Shown here: positions 35,726-45,600 of the stretch, piece by piece
Layout of the letters: every line of letters starts with the position of its first letter
Numbering within the stretch: the first letter of the stretch is position 1
Origin: Camelus dromedarius
Lineage: Eukaryota
Assembly (NCBI RefSeq): GCF_036321535.1
Contig: NC_087451.1
Coordinates: 19,654,001-19,718,000 of the forward strand
DNA length: 64,000 nt
Direction: 5' to 3'
Position numbers and translations under genes: made by a program
Notes under the pieces: generated by a model
The model's database searches: none
What the model was told of the DNA's origin: nothing
Seen by the model: only the letters and a program-made list of their open reading frames with translations

Positions 35726-36354
35726 TTCCCGAAGCCGCGGTTTGACGGATCCCGTGAACAGATACATCATCAGCAATAAGGGGTGGAGTTTTGTTCTCAG
35801 GCCCCGCCCCTAGGGTTTTTGTCACAGAGATTCTTTGAGTCGCCAGGGGCAAGACCCGCGCTCACTGAGGAATTAACCATCCTCCTCTGGACAAACTGTG
35901 TTTAGGCTCACTTGGTTTGGAGCCCAATTCTTGGACCTCGGGACACTTTGAGCCCACTCAACAGAAATGATTTCACATTTGGGGGATTTATTTGTGGAGT
36001 TAATAAAGCTATCACAGTGTCGATGCACATCTGCAGCCGTAGATAAATCTTTAGATTTAATTTCGGTCTTCCAGTGACTCAGAAAACCCCTTTATTTAGC
36101 TTCTCTGACCTTGGTTTCTTTATCTGTAGACAGTGTATAATCACAGCCTCTCGCAGGGTGACTGGAGCGCACTGGCGGTGCCGGGAGCCAAGCGCCGTTC
36201 ACATGTGCGTGCCTCGAAAACCGAAGTCTTTATTTTGGCGTCGCTTGTATCTGTCCTTCGCCTGGGCTCTGGTGCAGTTCCAGAGTCACGTCACTCAAGC
36301 CACGGTCTTGTTGTCCTACTTCTTAGATAACTACGGAAAACAGCTTCTCACGAG

Positions 36355-36426
36355 GCGTTGGTGGTATAGTGGTGAGCATAGCTGCCTTCCAAGCAGTTGA
36401 CCCGGGTTCGATTCCCGGCCAACGCA
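36355..36426 (+). tRNA. tRNA-Gly(TCC)
   Basis: GCGTTGGTGGTATAGTGG...CTTCCAA...GTTCGATTCCCGGCCAACGCA, 72 nt, T5 at 36437. Confidence 0.98.
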
Positions 36427-37019
36427 AGCTTTAACCTTTTTCTCAGGCGTTTACCTACCCTAGCCGCATTATCCTTTAAACACGAGTAAGGGACCGCTTT
36501 TCTGGGACCCCCACTCACGCTCCTCTCAGCGCTCGGGTATCGCCATGCCAATACACACACGGACGAATATACACACACGGACGTGGATTTGCTCAATCTC
36601 AAGCTGGCATTGGAAACGCGCATTTATGTCAGGGAAAGAGCACCGTGCAGGAGGTTGTCTGGAGGAGGGATTACGCGGGTGACAGTTTTATGTTTGCCCA
36701 CCTGTGTTTTTTAAATGATCATCAATGAAATCATCTAATAAGCATACAGAAAGTTGAGAATAACTGCTAAACATCCTTTTGAGTAGAGAGAAAAATGGCT
36801 AATTTAGCCACATTTAAAATTCAAGTTATCTGAAATAAAACATAAATTTGAAATTTAGAATGTGAGTTTGAGAGTCAGGATACACTATTCCTCTCCTTCC
36901 ACCTTTTTCTTCCACTCTTCTTTTTATCTGCATCCTAGGGCTCAGGACAGGTACTTCCTAAGTAGGTAGGTTTTAATGGATGTAAAATGTGGGGAGAAAA
37001 GAAACAAAACACCGTATCT

Positions 37020-37091
37020 CTCCCCGTCGGGGAATCGAACCCCGGTCTCCCGCGTGACAGGCGGGGATACTTACCACTATACTAACGAGGA
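37020..37091 (-). tRNA. tRNA-Asp(GTC)
   Basis: TCCTCGTTAGTATAGTGGTAAGTATCCCCGCCTGTCACGCGGGAGACCGGGGTTCGATTCCCCGACGGGGAG, 72 nt. Confidence 0.98.
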
Positions 37092-37709
37092 ATGAGCTGA
37101 TGAAACGTTTCTCCAAATCCCTGATCTGATATCTTTACCAAGCTCAGCTTGCTAATGGCGAGGTTGCTGGGTATTCGGTCCTTCTGTCCACTACGAAATG
37201 CTGACCGAAACCCATGCACCTTCTAGATCACAACCGAGCGCGAGTCCCCAGAAAGGCAAAAACCAGCAGGAGTGACCGAAAGACAGGCGACCTCCAAGGC
37301 TGCAAAGACCTGAGTTCTGACAGTCCCTGGGCTCTCCCAGAGACACCCCTGAATAGGTCCCAACCCATTTCACTATCTGTTATCCAGTGCTGTCGACTGA
37401 CGGCTATCAATCAAACCAAAACCAGGCTCTGGCTGTCGAAGAGCGGTACCAAACTGGAAGGAGGGGAGAAGAAAGCCGGTGTCTCGCCCAACTCCGGAGA
37501 TGCCTGCGCTCTTCTTGGCACGACGAGAAAGAAAACACGCTGTGAGCCTCTTCCTGCCACCAGGTGTCCACTCCGAACAAAAGAGCTCCTAGCAAGCGCT
37601 CTTGAAAGGGCGCAGTTCACTCTGATCAACTTCCAGCGCAGCCTCCTCAGTGCCTTTCCGCGTAACCAGCGGCTTGGGGCCTCTCTGATTTCCGCAAAAC
37701 AGAAAGGCC

Positions 37710-37781
37710 GGGCTCGTCCGGGATTTGAACCCGGGACCTCTCGCACCCGAAGCGAGAATCATACCCCTAGACCAACGAGCC
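37710..37781 (-). tRNA. tRNA-Pro(CGG)
   Basis: GGCTCGTTGGTCTAGGGG...TTCGGGT...GTTCAAATCCCGGACGAGCCC, 72 nt. Confidence 0.98.
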
Positions 37782-40748
37782 GACGTGTAGGAGCGACCAT
37801 GGACGCCTTTAGAGGTCGTTACAGGCTTTGTGAAGTCCTAGGGCCATGATTCATGATGGCCTGGTCTTGGCGTGCACTCAGGGACCACCTGCCCCGACGC
37901 GAACTACTCCAGAGCAAGAATCTATATCCGCTCGCGAGTCGCGAGCTTCGACTCCTCCCAGGAAGTAACGTCTGGGAAGTGGAAAGGAGTGGTTTCGGCC
38001 TCTCCCCACAAGCAGCCCTCCAGGACTGCCTGAAGCACCCGTGTTCCCTCTCCCTAAGGTCACTGTCTTGGGGCCATTCCGTAATCTGGGGTCTGGACTC
38101 TTCCTGGCTCAGCCAGCGGCCCTCAAACCCGGTCCCTGGCGCAGAGCTTTGAAGACACGCGATGCAGTTGCCTGGTTGGGGACAATTAACGAGTCCTGAA
38201 ATCTGTGAACACCAGCCCCTCTTCCTGTCCTTGCATCTGTTCATCCTTTTGGAGAGACCGGCACTTCGATAGTCCACGGTCTCCCCAGACCGCGTGGTAG
38301 TGCCCCGGCGAGGGAATAATTCCTGGGGCCAAGAAGACCCATGGAGGACGTGTCATTGAAATGAGTGGCTGGCGAGGTGGGGCGGGGGATCGGCTTTCCA
38401 AACTGCGTGAGCTTCTAAGCTTTTAATACATTCGCCATGCTCCCACCTGGAAGCTGCCAAGAGTGCTGGCAGGACCTAGTGGGGTCAGCTGCCAGCCACC
38501 GTATTCTGTCTTCCCTCAGCTCGGTTCCTGCTCTGGAATCTTCCCTGTGGGGTTCTGTTCTGCCCCTGCACTCCACCTCCTGGTAGCATTTCTGGGCTGA
38601 ACCATCTTGTTCCACAGCCCAGTCCTGTGATTTGTGGGGCCAGTCCCTTCTTAATTCCCTACCCGCAGATACTTTGGTGAAGGGGGCTTCAATGAAGGGT
38701 CCGGCGCTTTGCTTTTTCTTTCCCAGGTGTCCCTAGTCAGACAGCAGGGGAGGGCAGCAGAGAACACCCTATCCTTTCCTGTCAGAGCCTCTAGACTTTC
38801 AGGTAGGTGAAAAGTGCTCAGGTCGGTTTTCTGACATCTCCCTCCCTCTACCCTTTTCCATTTCCTGTCTCCAGCCAGCTTTCCCTTAAGTTTCTAGCTA
38901 CCTCTCTCTTATCTGGTCTCATGCACTTCATCTGCACAGAGGTGGAAGCCTAAATCCCTTATAAAACATGATGAAAGCTGTGGTCCCTTTTTCTAGGAAA
39001 ATCCATGCAATATCTATGGACCCCACTTTTAGAATCCAAGAACTAAGGTGTAAACAACTAATGTTGTTTCAACTTTGGTGCTAGTATTTTACATTTTAAC
39101 AGGAGTCAAAGCTTTAGAGGGAAAATTGAGTTCTAAGGTATAACTTTGGGCAGTCACAGTTGTTTGAAAGGGATTGTGTGGGAAAGGGTGAAAAGATATT
39201 CTTGGTGAATTTGAGAAGGTAGTAACTCCTCCCCCTCAGCATTTCCCTAAAATGGAACCCTGGCAACATCCTGAATTTCTTCTCCCTCTTCTTTGGACTT
39301 CATAACCTGTCACATACTGAGTCCTATTGTGTTTTTTATACTAAACGTGTCTGTAATTCATCCATTCCTTTCCATCTCTCCTACAGCCGCCCTGGTGCAA
39401 GCCTTTGACATTTCTATAACCAACATCTTTTTCTGAAGTTCCCACTCACCCCCACCCCATACTCTCTATATAGCATTTATGTATCTAGCATATTACATAA
39501 TTTAATTTAAAAACATTTTTGTTGTGTTTATTGTTCGCTCCCGTGTTCCCAGGGCCTAGAACAACAGTTGTTATAGAGTACGTAGTTGTTTAACAGAACA
39601 TACAGCAAATTTCCACATGATCTTTAAAGTTTAGCTCACCTCCTCCAGAAAGCCTCCCCTGATCATTCTCCACTCTCAGGCCCAATGAGATACCACTTCT
39701 CCATGTTCTCACAGCACCCTGTCCCTGCCCTTGGTGCACTGTGTTGTGACTGTGTCTGCCTTTCTATGAGTCCTTTGAGAAAAGGGTTTGTGCCTTATTC
39801 ATTTGGTTATGTACAGCGTGCAGGCCAGTGCTTGGCACAAATCTGGTCTAGGTGGTGCTGCGTCACTTACTGACCTGTCACTTTGATTTAGCAGTTCCTT
39901 TAAGCAAACACTTGTGCTCAGACATCTTGCAGTGGTTCCTGGGCCAAAGGATGGTGTCTAGACCTTTCTGCCTATCTTCCAAGGAAGTTTAGGCCCCGCC
40001 AACGGCCCACGGATCCTGCTTCTTGCCTGCTTCTCTGCAGCATTTACTTCTACTCTCACCAGCCTGGATTCAGAAATGTACCCTGCCCTGCCACACCAGG
40101 CTTTCAGTAGACCCCACCCACATTGTGCTCACTTCTACTCTCATCCTGTCCACAGGGTCCCAGCTCTTCTGCACCCTCTTGCAGGAAACCAGATGTCGCC
40201 ATGCCAGGCATATCTCCTGCTAATTCTTAACCCTGACTGCCAGCTTGTGAAGACAAATGAAGATAACTATATGTGAAGGGCCTGGCACGGAAACTGCACA
40301 TAGAATACACACCCCGTCCCCTCAATTTTTTAAAAATTGGAATAATTATTTAATATATATATACATATATAATTCTGAGGCCCCAAACCAAAAGAACTAT
40401 AATGAAAAACCAAACAAAACAAATTGACTCAGGTTCTAAGGGACGTCCTGGAGTGGGGGAAGATGCCAAGTCGTTGGGACTGCCAGGGCTAGCCCACCAG
40501 CACCAGTAGAGTGTGGCATCAGCTGAGTAAAGCAAGGTGCAGGCCTGCTCAGGGTTCCCACCCAGGTCGCGGCACGAGCTTTGGAGCAGTCTCATGGAAC
40601 TGGGAGCTCATCTCAGCAGGAAACCTCGGTGCTCTGAGCACAGAACTGGAACCCTTGCATCCTCCAGTATAAAAGGTATTGATGAGTTCATTAGTATATA
40701 GAGATTCAACAACAAAACGAAAAGACATTCTCTCCCTAAGTTGAACTA

Positions 40749-40822
40749 AGGCACCGCTGGGATTCGAACCCAGGATCTCCTGTTTACTAGACAGGCGCTT
40801 TAACCAACTAAGCCACGGCGCC
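40749..40822 (-). tRNA. tRNA-Thr(AGT)
   Basis: GGCGCCGTGGCTTAGTTGG...CTAGTAA...CAGCGGTGCCT, 74 nt. Confidence 0.98.
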
Positions 40823-41116
40823 AAAGCCGTGAGACGTCTTTCTGGAGGGGTGGTACACGACTACACCTCCAGGAACCTGGTCACAACTTCAATTTTTCTG
40901 AAAGTAATTTTGACAAATCTCTGAGTTTGGCGTCAAACATCCACCTGTGAGCTCTCCCCAGTATTGAAATAAGTAAATCAAACACCTTAACCCTACCCAG
41001 ATGAGCACGCTTGGGACTCTGATTCCGAGCCGGGGGGGGCCAACCGGATCAATCAGCCTCACTCTCTGATTTTGGAGGGAAGGGATGTGAATGCAAGATG
41101 GAGAAGAAAAAGCTTT

Positions 41117-41198
41117 CGTAGTCGGCAGGATTCGAACCTGCGCGGGGAGACCCCAATGGATTTCTAGTCCATCGCCTTAACCACTCGGCCACGACTAC
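41117..41198 (-). tRNA. tRNA-Ser(AGA)
   Basis: GTAGTCGTGGCCGAGTGG...CTAGAAA...GTTCGAATCCTGCCGACTACG, 82 nt, T5 just downstream. Confidence 0.98.
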
Positions 41199-41626
41199 AC
41201 AACCGCGGTAAGACATTTTGTCCCGAGCCTTTCATAGTTCTCCATGCCTCGAAAACACTTCCCTCTTAAGATTCCGTATTTGGGGCTTTGAGCTAGGCAA
41301 GGACAGCAAAGGACAGACTTGTAACCCACGTCCCGCTTGTGGCGCCGCCCTACACACGCTCCACTTTACTGGGATCCTCTTCCCCCCATTCTCCCACCCA
41401 CCTCCAACAACGCGCTCCCACGGAAGGGTTGACGCGGCAGCCGCCGGGGAACTCTCCCGCAGCCCAAGCCCCTGGAATGCCCTTCCAAACCTTGGTGTGA
41501 AGGAGTGAAGTTTTAAAAAGTGAATCCGTCAACGTTTGCGATTGGAAAGTTAACTGGCTGTGGCAGAAAACTTCCATGTACAGCGGGTATGGAGGTGGGG
41601 TAAGGGAAAAACAAAACAAGACTTCT

Positions 41627-41700
41627 TGGCCCGTACGGGGATCGAACCCGCGACCTTGGCGTTATTAGCACCACGCTCTAACCAACTGAGCTAACCGGCC
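41627..41700 (-). tRNA. tRNA-Ile(AAT)
   Basis: GGCCGGTTAGCTCAGTTGG...CTAATAACGCCAAGG...GTACGGGCCA, 74 nt. Confidence 0.98.
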
Positions 41701-42274
41701 AGCTGTCAAATTCTGGTCCTTCGAGTCTTCACATGTGTATGTATCACTATACTAAAGCCAAGACTTCCCAAGAAGTAATGGCAAACCACCACCAAATGCA
41801 CAAGCATCCCCAAGTCATTGACCCTGCAACCTCTAATTCTGTAGCTTCTGGCTAGGAACTCCTGCCAGTCTCATACTGTTGATTAAGGATCTGCCTTAGG
41901 TTTGACCCAGGGGAAACCTACAGCACTGACTGCTTGACTGGGGTTTCACAGCAAAGGTTCCTCACATATCCCTCCTGGTGCTTGGTGCTCCCCTCTCCCC
42001 ATAACCACCTTGTACTTTCCAATAACTCCAGGCCTGACTTCTTCCTGGGCCCAACCTTGCTGACTGAGACCATCATGGTGATGTTGTCCACTTTGCACCC
42101 CACTCCCCAATTTGCTCCCTTTAGGGCCTGAATTTGCTGGACCAGCTCTTCTCCAAACCAGTTTTGGTACTTGTGGCAAACAAGGGTGGAAATGATGGTA
42201 AACGACGGGCCAGCTGCCAGGAGGTCATGAGGCCTGGGACCCAGATGAACACAAGTAAGGAACATCAACAGAGC

Positions 42275-42280
42275 TTTATT
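42275..42280 (-). terminator. Proximal polyadenylation signal of CTC1
   Basis: AATAAA on the minus strand about 340 nt after the stop, followed by a GU-rich tract (TTGTGTT). Confidence 0.6.
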
Positions 42281-42620
42281 ACAGACCAAGGGGTCTGTCT
42301 GGAGAACCAGCACAAGGGGCAAGCCCCTGACACAAAGACAGAACCTAGGTGCTCAGGGCCGCCTATGAGTACAGGTGCCTTGACACCAACTAGAGGAAAT
42401 AGCAACAGTGCCATGATTTGCCTGTTTCCACAGTTTCCTCAAGAAAGGTGGGCATCAGAATACTGGGGAAATAACAGGGTGGCAGTCTGTGAATCCAGGG
42501 ACCTCGGGTCCTGGTTCAATCACAGAGAAGGTAAGGGCCTCAACAAGGGGGATGAGCTGGATCCCAGGCCTCAAGGTTTCCAGCAGGGTAGGAAGAACTT
42601 TCAGGCCACTGCAGCTCAGG

Positions 42621-45600
42621 TTAGCAGTAGGGATCTAAGGCCCTCAGGGCACTGGGGTGCTCCTGGATAGAGAGGCACGACAGTTGGATCCTGGGATTCA
42701 CACGAGTTAGGAAAGGGAACTCCCCACACTGGAATCGCTGTAACCGAGGAGGTTCTGAGATGGGAAGAAAGGAAACACATGTTCTATGCATGTAGTTTTT
42801 AGTCCCCAACCACCATTCCCCTCCCCAGCTCCAGAAATCCCCTATCAATCCCTCATCCCTCTTCCTCCTGGGACTCCTCTACACCCCCACCCTTCCACCC
42901 TTACCTAACGAGATTATCTTGGAGGGTTTCCTCTTAAGCTCAAAAGAAAGCACAATAGGGCGGAGGACAGAGAAACTGATACAGAGTGTCTGGAGGAAAC
43001 GGGTCAAGGGCTCATCCATCTTGGCTGAGGACTAGAAAGGGAAACTCAAGATTAATCAGAACTCAAACTTCTAAACCCCCTCTACCAACCCCCCCAAGGA
43101 ATTTGGGTAACTGAGCCCCCTCACCCCTCCCAGCCACATCTCACCTCAAGTTGGGCTCCAGGTCCTATAAATTGCAAGGCCACTCTCCCTGGCCCTCGGA
43201 CAAACTCTAGGAGGGAGGTCCACTCACTAGGACGCAGCCCTAGTGCTGCTGCCACTTGATGATTCCTACAGGTCACCACAGCTTCAGCAGTCCCATCCTC
43301 CACCAGGAGCCTGGGGGCGGGGGTAGGAATTAGAAACCCCCACAGCAAACCCAGGTGTCCAGTCACCCAGACCCAACATGACTCCCCCCCACCTTTTCCA
43401 GTGGTTAGCTCACTTCACCCTCATTCATTCAAAAATGTTTATTAAGCAACTGCCACAAGCCAGGAATTATGCTAACATAGAGATGGCAGACACACAAAGT
43501 CAGGTGATAGGGAAGTAAATGGCGCGATGGGCTTGTGCTCTGCTCTCACCTGATGCTGGCCTGGCTTATAGACGTCTGAGTGGGGCAAGAGGGGCTCTGA
43601 CAAGTACACCTTCCCTGAAATAGAGAAAGCAACTGGGAAAATCCTCTTGATCACATCACAATCCTCTGGCACCCTGCACCCAGCTCAGCCTGACCCCTCT
43701 CATACCTGGGGGCAGAGGCTGGTACAATGAGCACACACCCAGGAGAGCTGAAGGCTGAAGACAGAAACCACATGGCAAGAAGCAGTGGCCCGGAACGGGG
43801 CCCGGCGACCTTGCAGAAGTTCAGCCAGGTAGATGTGGGGCAGGGGAGCACTAAAGAAAGAGGTCAAGAAACAGCCAACAGGGTTCTGGAAGCAGGGCGT
43901 GTCTGGAAGGCCTCAGCAGGTGTAGGGATGGGGACAGTAGTGGCTTGTGTGCTCTCCTGGAAGCCCCGTGGTCCCACATTTTGACTCCTGATCTCAATCA
44001 TCATTAATTATTTCTCAGGCTTGAATGACTAAGATGTTAGCCAAGAAAGATATCTGTACTTTGCACTGAAAACCCTTGAAGACCCCAGAACATAAATCTT
44101 TCTGGGTAAAATGATAGGTACTGGACATTTTTTATTTAAAGCAGAGGAAACCCTTCTGACTCAACACGTTTTGCTAGGATTGGAGAAGACTGCAGTTATG
44201 GCAAAAATTGCAGAGCCACGAATATGTGTGGGATGCAGAGGTGAGGCCATGACATTTGGGGATTAGGGCCTGGGTCACTGACCTGATTGTGGTATCTGGG
44301 GGAAAACTCAGGACCTGCACATAAGTAGACGACCGGAAGCAACAGTAAACATTGTGGGATCTGCAAGCAGAAGAGGAAGAGTGATGAGGAGAAAGAAGTT
44401 CACCTGAGGGAGGAGCTGGGACCATCTCACAGGCCAGGCTACTCCCCCTAAGGGACACACCCTGACCGTGGCTCTACCAGAGCAGAGAGAAGAGTAAGGG
44501 AAGGGTTGGTCTGGAACATCTCGTGAGGATAGAGGGCATAAACACCAGAGAAACATATCAAATGTAAAACCAAAGAGGTGTCACTGCAGCACATGTAGGG
44601 GCGAGCCTTCAAGAGAACCACATCAGTACAGAGAGGAGGCGAGGCCAGCCACACAGATCTTTACCTGGAAACCCTCTTCTCTAGCTGGCTAAAGTAGACT
44701 CGGGCTCCTGGAAGAAGGCCTAGTGGGGGAGGCAAGTGTGGGTCCTCAATATATATGTCCAAGTGCAGAGGGAATTCACAGTCAGCAGTCTCCAGAGCTA
44801 CGGTGAGCTTCACACACCGCTTGATGGCCCCAGTGCTCCCTACAGAAGGGAAGGGGAGGGGTCAGTGGTATCTTTCAGGACCACAAGGTCCCACCACTCT
44901 CCTTCACACCTTCCCCTAGAGGTGTCATTACCAGGCATCATCCGGAGATGTGACAAAATCTCAGCTGAGAAAGACACTAAGGAATCTGTGGAGCTAGAAG
45001 GTCAGAGAAATACAGTGAAAATGAAGTCAGATCCAAGGGCAGTAAGGAGTTAAAGTATCTGCTGGAAAATTGTCTGTAAGGTCCTGGAAAGCCTTGCATT
45101 GTGTCAAAACACACACTAAAAGTAACAGGTCTTATGGGAAAAACAGGATTGTAGCGGATCACTCAAAATCTACATGACTTTGTATCCCAAGAAGTACCTC
45201 AGGAAAGGTAAATCTCCACTTACATTTATACCTAGAATCCCAGTCAGTCCATCATTCACAGCGTTATATGCTGGGGCCCATGCCCTCCCCTTCAAATCAT
45301 AGGTCCTTGAAAACTTCCACTTCTAAAAGAAACCAGTTTCTTAAAAATTACACATATAACCTAGTACGGTGTTTGTTTGCTTACACGGGGGGAAGTATCT
45401 CTGCAGTGTCTTCATCTGCACTGCAGCCTCCCTGGAAAAGTTTATATGAGGAAAATATAGTTGTTCCTGAAGCCATAAGTCAGCCATTTCTTGCAATAAA
45501 GGAAGGCCCTTCTCTATAGATTTTCAGCTTTTGTCCTTATGGGTTTTTTTAGGTTTCAATTCCTTTTATTGCTAAGGCTTTTCCTGAATTGTGAGAAAGC

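Noticed and set aside
37214-38277. 211-aa and 152-aa ORFs over the tRNA-Pro region
   Set aside because: They overlap a tRNA gene and CpG island, have no recognisable domain, and are expected at this GC content.
41918-42670. 134-aa (-) and 178-aa (+) ORFs in the CTC1 3' UTR, one with a VLVLVANK stretch reminiscent of small GTPases
   Set aside because: The NKxD motif is incomplete, no P-loop is present, and I could not assign a parent gene; a tblastn search would settle it.
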